Under the pieces are notes generated by a model. The model had not been told where the DNA came from. It was given only the letters and a program-made list of their open reading frames with translations, and searched no databases. A program made the translations under genes and the position numbers. 64,000 nt of DNA, taken from assembly GCA_964016885.1 (NCBI GenBank), contig OZ024741.1, positions 217,868,001 through 217,932,000 of the forward strand, in the 5' to 3' direction. Each line of letters starts with the position of its first letter. Position 1 is the stretch's first letter. The stretch comes from Eledone cirrhosa. Taxonomy: Eukaryota. This document shows, piece after piece, positions 1-12,000 of this stretch.

Positions 1-3000
1 TGTTAGTGTTGGTGGTGGTAGTTGTGGTGATGGTGGTGTTTGTGAGGGGTGTTAGTGTTGGTGGAGGTAGTTGTGGTGATGGTGGTGTTTGTGGGCGGTG
101 TTAGTGTTGGTGGTGGTAGTTGTGGTGATGGTGGTGTTTGTGAGGGGTGTTAGTGTTGGTGGTGGTAGTTGTGGTGATGGTGGTGTTTGTGTGGGGTGTT
201 AGTGTTGGTGGTGGTAGTTGTGGTGATGGTGGTGTTTGTGGGGGGTGTTAGTGTTGGTGGTGGTTGTGGTGATGGTGGTGTTTGTGGGGGGTGTTAGTGT
301 TGGTGGTAGTTGTGGTGATGGTGGTGTTTGTGGGGGGTGTTAGTGTTGGTGGTAGTTGTGGTGATGGTGGTGTTTGTGGGGGGTGTTAGTGTTGGTGGTA
401 GTTGTGGTGATGGTGGTGTTTGTGAGGGGTGTTAGTATTGGTGGTGGTAGTTGTGGTGATGGTGGTGTTTGTGGAGGGTGTTAGTGTTGGTGGTGGTAGT
501 TGTGGTGATGGTGGTGTTTGTGGGGGGTGTTAGTGTTGATGGTGGTAGTTGTGGTGATGGTGGTGTTTGTGGGGGGGTGTTAGTGTTGGTGGTAGTTGTG
601 GTGATGGTGGTGTTTGTGGGGGGTGTTAGTGTTGGTGGTAGTTGTGGTGATGGTGGTGTTTGTGAGGGGTGTTAGTGTTGGTGGTGGTAGTTGTGGTGAT
701 GGTGGTGTTTGTGAGGGGTGTTAGTGTTGGTGGTGGTAGTTGTGGTGATGGTGGTGTTTGTGGAGGGTGTTAGTGTTGGTGGTGGTAGTTGTGGTGATGG
801 TGGTGTTTGTGGGGGGTGTTAGTGTTGGTGGTAGTTGTGGTGATGGTGGTGTTTGTGGGGGGTGTTAGTGTTGGTGGTAGTTGTGGTGATGGTGGTGTTT
901 GTGAGGGGTGTTAGTGTTGGTGGTGGTAGTTGTGGTGATGGTGGTGTTTGTGGAGGGTGTTAGTGTTGGTGGTGGTAGTTGTGGTGATGGTGGTGTTTGT
1001 GGGGGGTGTTAGTGTTGATGGTGGTAGTTGTGGTGATGGTGGTGTTTGTGGGGGGGTGTTAGTGTTGATGGTGGTAGTTGTGGTGATGGTGGTGTTTGTG
1101 GGGGGTGTTAGTGTTGATGGTGGTAGTTGTGGTGATGGTGGTGTTTGTGGGGGGTGTTAGTGTTGATGGTGGTAGTTGTGGTGATGGTGGTGTTTGTGGG
1201 TGGTGTTAGTGTTGATGGTGGTAGTTGTGGTGATGGTGGTGTTTGTGGGGGGTGTTAGTGTTGGTGGTGGTAGTTGTGGTGATGGTGGTGTTTGTGGGCG
1301 GTGTTAGTGTTGGTGGTGGTAGTTGTGGTGATGGTGGTGTTTGTGGGCGGTGTTAGTGTTGGTGGTGGTAGTTGTGGTGATGGTGGTGTTTGTGGGGGGT
1401 GTTAGTGTTGATGGTGGTAGTTGTGGTGATGGTGGTGTTTGTGGGCGGTGTTAGTGTTGGTGGTGGTAGTTGTGGTGATGGTGGTGTTTGTGGGGGGTGT
1501 TAGTGTTGGTGGTGGTAGTTGTGGTGATGGTGGTGTTTGTGGGCGGTGTTAGTGTTGGTGGTGGTAGTTGTGGTGATGGTGGTGTTTGTGGGCGGTGTTA
1601 GTGTTGGTGGTGGTAGTTGTGGTGATGGTGGTGTTTGTGGGGGGTGTTAGTGTTGATGGTGGTAGTTGTGGTGATGGTGGTGTTTGTGGGCGGTGTTAGT
1701 GTTGATGGTGGTAGTTGTGGTGATGGTGGTGTTTGTGGGGGGTGTTAGTGTTGATGGTGGTAGTTGTGGTGATGGTGGTGTTTGTGGGGGGTGTTAGTGT
1801 TGGTGGTGGTAGTTGTGGTGATGGTGGTGTTTGTGGGCGGTGTTAGTGTTGATGGTGGTAGTTGTGGTGATGGTGGTGTTTGTGGGGGGTGTTAGAGTTG
1901 ATGGTGGTAGTTGTGGTGGTGGTGGTGTTTGTGAGGGGTGTTAGTGTTGATGGTGGTAGTTGTTGTGATGGTGGTGTTTGTGGAGGGCGTTTGTGTTGAT
2001 GGTAGTAGTTGTGGTGATGGTGGTGTTTGTGGGGGGTGTTAGTGTTGGTGGTGGTAGTTGTGGTGATGGTGGTGTTTGTGGGGGGTGTTAGTGTTGATGG
2101 TGGTAGTTGTGGTGATGGTGGTAGTTGTGGTGATGGTGGTGTTTGTGGGGAGTGTAGTGTTGATGGTGGTTTTTGGGGGGGGTGTTTAGTGTGTGTTAGT
2201 GTTGGTGGTGGTAGTTGTGGTGATGGTGGTGTTTGTGGAGGGTGTTAGTGTTGGTGGTGGTAGTTGTGGTGATGGTGGTGTTTGTGGGGGGTGTTAGTGT
2301 TGATGGTGGTAGTTGTGGTGATGGTGGTAGTTGTGGTGATGGTGCTGTTTGTGGGGAGTGTTAGTGTTGATGGTGGTTTTTTGGGGGGGGTGTTAGTGTT
2401 GGTGGTGGTAGTTGTGGTGATGGTGGTGTTTGTGGAGGGTGTTAGTGTTGGTGGTGGTAGTTGTGGTGATGGTGGTGTTTGTGGGGGGTGTTAGTGTTGA
2501 TGGTGGTAGTTGTGGTGATGGTGGTGTTTGTGGGGGGGTGTTAGTGTTGATGGTGGTAGTTGTGGTGATGGTGGTGTTTGTGGGGGGTGTTAGTGTTGAT
2601 GGTGGTAGTTGTGGTGATGGTGGTGTTTGTGGGGGGTGTTAGTGTTGATGGTGGTAGTTGTGGTGATGGTGGTGTTTGTCGGCGGTGTTAGTGTTGATGG
2701 TGGTAGTTGTGGTGATGATGGTGTTTGTGGGCGGTGTTAGTGTTGGTGGTGGTAGTTGTGGTGATGGTGGTGTTTGTGGGGGGTGTTAGTGTTGATGGTG
2801 GTTGTTGTGGTGATGGTGGTGTTTGTGGGCGGTGTTAGTGTTGATGGTGGTAGTTGTGGTGATGGTGGTGTTTGTGGGGGGTGTTAGTGTTGATGGTGGT
2901 AGTTGTGGTGATGGTGGTGTTTGTGGGGGGTGTTAGTGTTGGTGGTGGTAGTTGTGGTGATGGTGGTGTTTGTGGGCGGTGTTAGTGTTGATGGTGGTAG

Positions 3001-6000
3001 TTGTGGTGATGGTGGTGTTTGTGGGGGGTGTTAGAGTTGATGGTGGTAGTTGTGGTGGTGGTGGTGTTTGTGAGGGGTGTTAGTGTTGATGGTGGTAGTT
3101 GTGGTGATGGTGGTGTTTGTGGAGGGCGTTTGTGTTGATGGTAGTAGTTGTGGTGATGGTGGTGTTTGTGGGGGGTGTTAGTGTTGATGGTGGTAGTTGT
3201 GGTGATGGTGGTGTTTGTGGGGGGTGTTAGTGTTGATGGTGGTAGTTGTGGTGATGGTGGTGTTTGTGGGGGATGTTAGAGTTGGTGGTGGTAGTTGTGG
3301 TGATGGTGGTGTTTGTAGGGGGTTTTAGTGTTGATGGTGGTAGTTGTGGTGATGGTGGTGTTTGTGGGGGGTGTTAGTGTTGATGGTGGTAGTTGTGGTG
3401 ATGGTGGTATTTGTGGGGGGGTGTTAGTGTTGGTGGTGGTAGTTGTGGTGATGGTGGTATTTGTGGGGGGTGTTAGTGTTGATGGTGGTAGTTGTGGTGA
3501 TGGTGCTGTTTGTGGGAGGTGTTAGTGTTGGTGGTGGTAGTTGTGGTGATGGTGGTGTTTGTGGGGGGGTGTTAGTGTTGGTGGTGGTAGTTGTGGTGAT
3601 GGTGGTGTTTGTGGGGTGTGTTAGTGTTGATGGTGGTTGTGGTGATAGTGGTGTTTGTGGGGGGTGTTAGTGTTGGTGGTGGTAGTTGTGGTGATGGTGG
3701 TGTTTGAGGGGGGTGTTAGTGTTGGTGGTGGTAGTTGTGGTGATGGGGTGTTGGTGAGGGGTGTTAGTATTGATGGTGGTAGTTGTGGTGATGGTGGTGT
3801 TTGTGGGGGGTGTTAGTGTTGATGGTGGTAGTTGTGGTGATGGTGGTGTTTGTGAGGGGTGTTAGTGTTGGTGGTGGTAGTTGTGGTGATGGGGTGTTGG
3901 TGAGGGGGTGTTAGTATTGATGGTGGTAGTTGTGGTGATGGTGGTGTTTCTGGGGGGTGTTAGTGTTGATGGTGGTTTTTGTGGGGGGTGTTAGTGTTGA
4001 TGGTGGTAGTTGTGGTGATGGTGGTGTTTGTGAGGGGTGTTAGTGTTGGTGGTGGTAGTTGTGGTGATGGTGGTGTTTGTGAGGGGTGTTGGTGTTGATG
4101 GTGGTTGTTGTGGTGATGGTGGTGTTTGTGGGCGGTGTTAGTGTTGATGGTGGTAGTTGTGGTGATGGTGGTGTTTGTGAGGGGTGTTAGTGTTGATGGT
4201 GGTGTTTGTGGGGGGTGTTAGTGTTGATGGTGGTGTTTGTGGGGGGTCTTAGTGTTGATGGTGGTAGTTGTGGTGATGGTGGTGTTTGTGAGGGGTGTTA
4301 GTGTTGGTGGTGGTAGTTGTGGTGATGGGGTGTTGGGGAGGGGTGTTAGTGTTGTTGGTGGTAGTTGGGGTGATGGGGTGTTGGAGAGGGGTGTTAGTGT
4401 TGTTGGTGGTAGTTGTGGTGATGGGGTGTTTGTGGGGGGTGTTAGTGTTGATGGTGGTGTTTGTGGGGGGTGTTGGTGTTGGTGGTGGTAGTTGTGGTGA
4501 TGGTGGTGTTTGTGAGGGGTGTTAGTGTTGTTGGTGGTAGTTGTGGTGATGGTGGTGTTTGTGGGGGATGTTAGTGTTGGTGGTGGTAGTTGTGGTGATG
4601 GTGGTGTTTGTGGGGGGTGTTAGTATTGATGGTGGTAGTTGTGGTGATGGTGGTGTTTGTGGGGGGTGTTAGTGTTGGTGGTGGTAGTTGTGGTGAAGGT
4701 GGTGTTTGTGAGGGGTGTTAATGTTGGTGGTGGTAGTTGTGGTGATGGTGGTGTTTGTGGGGGGTGTTAGTATTGGTGGTGGTAGTTGTGGTGATGGTGG
4801 TGTTTGTGGGGGGTGTTAGTGTTGGTGGTGGTAGTTGTGGTGATGGTGGTGTTTGTAGGGGGTGTTAGTGTTGATGGTGGTAGTTGTGTTGATGGTGGTG
4901 TTTGTGGGGGGTGTTAGTGTTGGTGGTGCTAGTTGTGGTGATGGTGGTGTTTGTGGGGGGTGTTAGTGTTGGTTGTGTTAGTTGTGGTGATGGTGCTGTT
5001 TGTGGGGGGGGGGGGGGGTGTTAGTTTTGATGGTGGTAGTTGTGGTGATGGTGGTGTTTGTGGGGGGTGTTAGTGTTGGTGGTGGTTGTTGTGGTGATGG
5101 TGTTGTTTGTGGGGGGTGTTAGTGTTGTTGGTGGTAGTTGTGGTGGTGGTGGTGTTTGTGTGTGGTGTTAGTGTTGTTGGTGGTAGTTGTGGTGATGGTG
5201 GTGTTTGTGGGGGGTGTTAGTGTTGATGGTGGTAGTCGTGGTGATGGTGGTGTTTGTGGGGGGTGTTAGTGTTGATGGTGGTGTATGTGGGGGTTGTTAG
5301 TGTTGATGGTGGTAGTTGTGGTGGTGGTGGTGTTTGTGTCTGTCTGGTGTTAGTGTTGTTGGTGGTAGTTGTGGTGATGGTGGTGTTTGTGGGGGGTGTT
5401 AGTGTTGATGGTGGTAGTCGTGGTGATGGTGGTGTTTGTGGGGGTGTTAGTGTTGATGGTGGTAGTTGTCGTGATGGGGTGTTTGTGGGGGGTGTTAGTG
5501 TTGTTGGTGGTAGTTGTGGTGATGGTGGTGTTTGTGGGGGGTGTTAGTGTTGGTGGTGGTAGTTGTGGTGATGGTGGTGTTTGTGGGGGGTGTTAGTGTT
5601 GATGGTGGTAGTTGTGGTGATGGTGGTGTTTGTGAGGGGTGTTAGTGTTGATGGTGGTAGTTGTCGTGATGGGGTGTTTGTGGTGGGTGTTAGTGTTGTT
5701 GGTGGTATTTGTGGTGATGGTGGTGTTTGTGGGGGGTGTTAGTATTGGTGGTGGTAGTTGTGGTGATGGTGGTGTTTGTGAGGGGTGTTAGTGCTGTTGG
5801 TGGTAGTTGTGGTGATGGTGGTGTTTGTGGGGGGTGTTAGTGTTGATGGTGGTAGTTGTCGTGATGGGGTGTTTGTGGGGGGTGTTAGTGTTGTTGGTGG
5901 TAGTTGTGGTGATGGTGATGTTTGTGGGGGGTGTTAGTGTTGATGGTGGTAGTTGTGGTGATGGTGGTGTTTGTGGGAGGTGTTAGTGTTGGTGGTGGTA

Positions 6001-9000
6001 GTTGTGGTGATGGTGGTGTTTGTGAGGGGTGTTAGTGTTGATGGTGGTAGTTATGGTGATGGTGGTGTTTGTGAGGGGTGTTAGTGTTGGTGGTGGTAGT
6101 CGTGGTGATGGTGGTGTTTGTGAGGGGTGTTAGTGTTGGTGGTGGTAGTTGTGGTGATGGTGGTCTTTGTGGGGGGTGTTAGTGTTGGTGGTGGTAGTTG
6201 TGGTGATGGTGGTGTTTGTGTGTGGTGTTAGTGTTGTTGGTGGTAGTTGTGGTGATGGTGGTGTTTGTGGGGGGTGTTAGTGTTGATGGTGGTAGTTGTG
6301 GTGTTGGTGGTGTTTGTGGGGGGTGTTAGAGTTGATGGTGGTAGTTGTGGTGATGGTGTTGTTTGTGGGGGGTATTAGTGTTGTTGGTGGTAGTTGTGGT
6401 GGTGGTGGTGTTTGTGTGTGGTGTTAGTGTTGTTGGTGGTAGTTGTGGTGATGGTGGTGTTTGTGGGGGGTGTTAGCGTTGATGGTGGTAGTCGTGGTGA
6501 TGGTGGTGTTTGTGGGGGGTGTTAGTGTTGATGGTGGTGTATGTGGGGGTTGTTAGTGTTGATGGTGGTAGTTGTGGTGGTGGTGGTGTTTGTGTCTGGT
6601 GTTAGTGTTGTTGGTGGTAGTTGTGGTGATGGTGGTGTTTGTGGGGGGTGTTAGTGTTGATGGTGGTAGTCGTGGTGATGGTGGTGTTTGTGGGGGTGTT
6701 AGTGTTGGTGGTGGTAGTTGTGGTGATGGTGGTGTTTGTGTGTGGTGTTAGTGTTGTTGGTGGTAGTTGTGGTGATGGTGGTGTTTGTGGGGGGTGTTAG
6801 TGTTGATGGTGGTAGTTGTGGTGATGGTGGTGTTTGTGGGGGGTGTTAGTGTTGGTGGTGGTTGTTGTGGTGATGGTGTTGTTTGTGGGGGGTGTTAGTG
6901 TTGTTGGTGGTAGTTGTGGTGGTGGTGGTGTTTGTGTGTGGTGTTAGTGTTGTTGGTGGTAGTTGTGGTGATGGTGGTGTTTGTGGGGGGTGTTAGTGTT
7001 GATGGTGGTAGTCGTGGTGATGGTGGTGTTTGTGGGGGGTGTTAGTGTTGATGGTGGTGTATGTGGGGGTTGTTAGTGTTGATGGTGGTAGTTGTGGTGG
7101 TGGTGGTGTTTGTGTCTGGTGTTAGTGTTGTTGGTGGTAGTTGTGGTGATGGTGGTGTTTGTGGGGGGTGTTAGTGTTGATGGTGGTAGTCGTGGTGATG
7201 GTGGTGTTTGTGGGGGTGTTAGTGTTGATGGTGGTAGTTGTCGTGATGGGGTGTTTGTGGGGGGTGTTAGTGTTGTTGGTGGTAGTTGTGGTGATGGTGG
7301 TGTTTGTGGGGGGTGTTAGTGTTGGTGGTGGTAGTTGTGGTGATGGTGGTGTTTGTGGGGGGTGTTAGTGTTGATGGTGGTAGTTGTGGTGATGGTGGTG
7401 TTTGTGAGGGGTGTTAGTGTTGATGGTGGTAGTTGTCGTGATGGGGTGTTTGTGGTGGGTGTTAGTGTTGTTGGTGGTATTTGTGGTGATGGTGGTGTTT
7501 GTGGGGGGTGTTAGTATTGGTGGTGGTAGTTGTGGTGATGGTGGTGTTTGTGAGGGGTGTTAGTGCTGTTGGTGGTAGTTGTGGTGATGGTGGTGTTTGT
7601 GGGGGGTGTTAGTGTTGATGGTGGTAGTTGTCGTGATGGGGTGTTTGTGGGGGGTGTTAGTGTTGTTGGTGGTAGTTGTGGTGATGGTGATGTTTGTGGG
7701 GGGTGTTAGTGTTGATGGTGGTAGTTGTGGTGATGGTGGTGTTTGTGGGAGGTGTTAGTGTTGGTGGTGGTAGTTGTGGTGATGGTGGTGTTTGTGAGGG
7801 GTGTTAGTGTTGATGGTGGTAGTTATGGTGATGGTGGTGTTTGTGAGGGGTGTTAGTGTTGGTGGTGGTAGTCGTGGTGATGGTGGTGTTTGTGAGGGGT
7901 GTTAGTGTTGGTGGTGGTAGTTGTGGTGATGGTGGTCTTTGTGGGGGGTGTTAGTGTTGGTGGTGGTAGTTGTGGTGATGGTGGTGTTTGTGTGTGGTGT
8001 TAGTGTTGTTGGTGGTAGTTGTGGTGATGGTGGTGTTTGTGGGGGGTGTTAGTGTTGATGGTGGTAGTTGTGGTGTTGGTGGTGTTTGTGGGGGGTGTTA
8101 GAGTTGATGGTGGTAGTTGTGGTGATGGTGTTGTTTGTGGGGGGTATTAGTGTTGTTGGTGGTAGTTGTGGTGGTGGTGGTGTTTGTGTGTGGTGTTAGT
8201 GTTGTTGGTGGTAGTTGTGGTGATGGTGGTGTTTGTGGGGGGTGTTAGCGTTGATGGTGGTAGTCGTGGTGATGGTGGTGTTTGTGGGGGGTGTTAGTGT
8301 TGATGGTGGTGTATGTGGGGGGTGTTAGTGTTGATGGTGGTAGTTGTGGTGGTGGTGGTGTTTGTGTGTGGTGTTAGTGTTGTTGGTGGTAGTTGTGGTG
8401 ATGGTGGTGTTTGTGGGGGGTGTTAGTGTTGATGGTGGCAGTCGTGGTGATGGTGGTGTTTGTGGGGGTTGTTAGTGTTGATGGTGGTAGTTGTCGTGAT
8501 GGGGTGTTTGTGGGGGGTGTTAGTGTTGTTGGTGGTAGTTGTGGTGATGGTGGTGTTTGTGGGGGGTGTTAGTGTTGGTGGTGGTAGTTGTGGTGATGGT
8601 GGTGTTTGTGGGGGGTGTTAGTGTTGATGGTGGTAGTTGTGGTGATGGTGGTGTTTGTGAGGGGTGTTAGTGTTGATGGTGGTAGTTGTCGTGATGGGGT
8701 GTTTGTGGGGGGTGTTAGTGTTGTTGGTGGTAGTTGTGGGGATGGTGATGTTTGTGGGGGGTGTTAGTGTTGATGGTGGTAGTTGTGGTGATGGTGGTGT
8801 TTGTGGGAGGTGTTAGTGTTGGTGGTGGTAGTTGTGGTGATGGTGGTGTTTGTGAGGGGTGTTAGTGTTGTTGGTGGTAGTTGTGGTGATGGTGGTGTTT
8901 GTGAGGGGTGTTAGTGTTGGTGGTGGTAGTTGTGGTGATGGTGGTGTTTGTGAGGGGTGTTAGTGTTGGTGGTGGTAGTTGTGGTGATGGTGGTGTTTGT

Positions 9001-12000
9001 GGGGGGTGTTAGTGTTGGTGGTGGTAGTTGTGGTGATGGTGGTGTTTGTGAGGGGTGTTAGTGTTGATGGTGGTAGTTGTGGTGATGGTGGTGTTTGTGA
9101 GGGGTGTTAGTGTTGGTGGTGGTAGTTGTGGTGATGGTGGTGTTTGTGGGGGGTGTTAGTGTTGGTGGTGGTAGTTGTGGTGATGGTGGTGTTTGTGTGT
9201 GGTGTTAGTGTTGTTGGTGGTAGTTGTGGTGATGGTGGTGTTTGTGGGGGGTGTTAGTGTTGATGGTGGTAGTTGTGGTGTTGGTGGTGTTTGTGGGGGT
9301 TGTTAGAGTTGATGGTGGTAGTTGTGGTGATGGTGGTGTTTGTGGGGGGTGTTAGTGTTGATGGTGGTAGTTGTGGTGATGGTGGTGTTTGTGGGGGGTG
9401 TTAGTGTTGTTGGTGATAGTTGTGGTGATGGTGGTGTTTGTGGGGGGTGTCAGTGTTGTTGGTGGTAGTTGTGGTGATGGTGGTGTTTGTGAGGGGTGTT
9501 AGTATTGATGGTGGTAGTTGTGGTGATGGTGGTGTTTGTGGGGGGTGTTAGTGTTGTTGGTGGTAGTTGTGGTGGTGGTGGTGTTTGTGGGGGATGTTAG
9601 AGTTGTTGGTGGTAGTTGTGGTGATGGTGGTGTTTATGAGGGGTGTTAGTGTTGTTGGTGGTAGTTGTGGTGATGGTGGTGTTTGTGGGGGATGTTAGAA
9701 TTGTTGGTGGTAGTTGTGGTGATGGTGGTGTTTGTGAGGGGTGTTAGTGTTGATGGTGGTTGTTGTGGTGATGGTGGTGTTTGTGAGGGGTGTTAGTGTT
9801 GGTGGTGGTAGTTGTGGTGATGGTGGTGTTTGTGGGGGGTGTTAGTGTTGGTGGTGGTAGTTGTGGTGATGGTGGTGTTTGTGAGGGGTGTTAGTATTGA
9901 TGGTGGTAGTTGTGGTGATGGGGTGTTTGTGGGGGGTGTTGGTGTTGATGGTGGTAGTTGTGGTGATGGTGGTGTTTGTGGGGGGCGTTAGTGTGGATGG
10001 TGGTAGTTGTGGTGATGGTGGTGTTTGTGAGGGGTGTTAGTGTGGATGGTGGTAGTTGTGGTGATGGTGGTGTTTGTGGGGGGTGTTAGTGTTGTTGGTG
10101 GTAGTTGTGGTGATGGTGGTGTTTGTGGGGGGGTGTTAGTGTTGGTGGTGGTAGTTGTGGTGATGGTGGTGTTTGTGGGGGGGTGTTAGTGTTGGTGGTG
10201 GTAGTTGTGGTGATGGTGGTGTTTGTGGGGGCTGTTAGTGTTGGTGGTGGTAGTTGTGGTGATGGTGGTGTTTGTGGGGGGTGTTAGTGTTGGTGGTAGT
10301 TGTGGTGATGGTGGTGTTTGTGGGGGGTGTTACTGTTGATGGTGGTAGTTGTGGTGATGGTGGTGTTTGTGGGGGGTGTTAGTGTTGATGGTGGTAGTTG
10401 TGGTGATGGTGGTGTTTGTGAGGGGTGTTTGTGTTGGTGGTGGTAGTTGTGGTGATGGTGGTGTTTGTGGGGGGTGTTAATGTTGATGGTGGTAGTTGTG
10501 GTGATGGTGGTGTTTGTGGGGGGTGTTAGTGTTGGTGGTAGTTGTGGTAATGGTGGTGTTTGTGGGGGGTGTTAGTGTTGATGGTGGTAGTTGTGGTGAT
10601 GGTGGTGTTTGGGGGGACCGTTAGTGTTGATGGTGGTAGTTGTGGTGATGGTGGTATTTGTGAGGGGTGTTAGTGTTGGTGGTGGTAGTTGTGGTGATGG
10701 TGGTGTTTGTGGGGGTTGTTAGTGTTGATGGTGGTAGTTGTGGTGATGGTGGTGTTTGTGGGGGGTGTTAGTGTTGGTGGTAGTTGTGGTGATGCTGGTG
10801 TTTGTGGGGGGTGTTAGTGCTGATGGTGGTAGTTGTGGTGATGGGGTGTTTGTGGGGGGTGTTGGTGTTGATGGTGGTAGTTGTGGTGATGGTGGTGTTT
10901 GTGGGGGGTGTTAGTGTTGGTGGTGGTAGTTGTGGTGATGGTGGTGTTTGTGGGCGGTGTTAGTGTTGATGGTGGTAGTTGTGGTGATGGTGGTGTTTGT
11001 GGGGGGTGTTAGTGTTGTTGGTGGTAGTTGTGGTGATGGTGGTGTTTGTGGGGGGTGTTAGTGTTGGTGGTGGTAGTTGTGGTGATGGTGGTGTTTGTGG
11101 GCGGTGTTAGTGTTGATGGTGGTAGTTGTGGTGATGGTGGTGTTTGTCGGGGGTGTTAGTGTTGTTGGTGGTAGTTGTGGTGATGGTGGTGTTTGTGGGG
11201 GGTGTTAGTATTGGTGGTGGTAGTTGTGGTGATGGGGTGTTTGTGAGGGGTGTTAGTGTTGATGGTGGTAGTTGTGGTGATGGTGGTGTTTGTGGGGGGT
11301 GTTAGTGTTGATGGTGGTGTTTGTGGGGGGTGTTAGTGTTGATGGTGGTAGTTGTGGTGATGGTGGTGTTTGTGGGGGGTGTTAGTGTTGGTGGTGGTAG
11401 TTGTGGTGATGGTGGTGTTTGTGGGCGGTGTTAGTGTTGGTGGTGGTAGTTGTGGTGATGGTGGTGTTTGTGGGCGGTGTTAGTGTTGATGGTGGTAGTT
11501 GTGGTGATGGTGGTGTTTGTGGGGGGTGTTAGTGTTGATGGTGGTAGTTGTGGTGATGGTGGTGTTTGTGGGGGGTGTTAGTGTTGGTGGTGGTAGTTGT
11601 GGTGATGGTGGTGTTTGTGGGTGGTGTTAGTGTTGGTGGTGGTAGTTGTGGTGATGGGGTGTTGGTGAGGGGTGTTAGTATTGATGGTGGTAGTTGTGGT
11701 GATGGTGGTGTTTGTGGGGGGTGTTAGTGTTGATGGTGGTGTTTGTGGGGGGTGTTAGTGTTGATGGTGGTAGTTGTGGTGATGGTGGTGTTTGTGAGGG
11801 GTGTTAGTGTTGGTGGTGGTAGTTGTGGTGATGGGGTGTTGGTGAGGGGTGTTAGTATTGATGGTGGTAGTTGTGGTGATGGTGGTGTTTGTGGGGGGTG
11901 TTAGTGTTGATGGTGGTGTTTGTGGGGGGTGTTAGTGTTGATGGTGGTAGTTGTGGTGATGGTGGTGTTTGTGAGGGGTGTTAGTGTTGGTGGTGGTAGT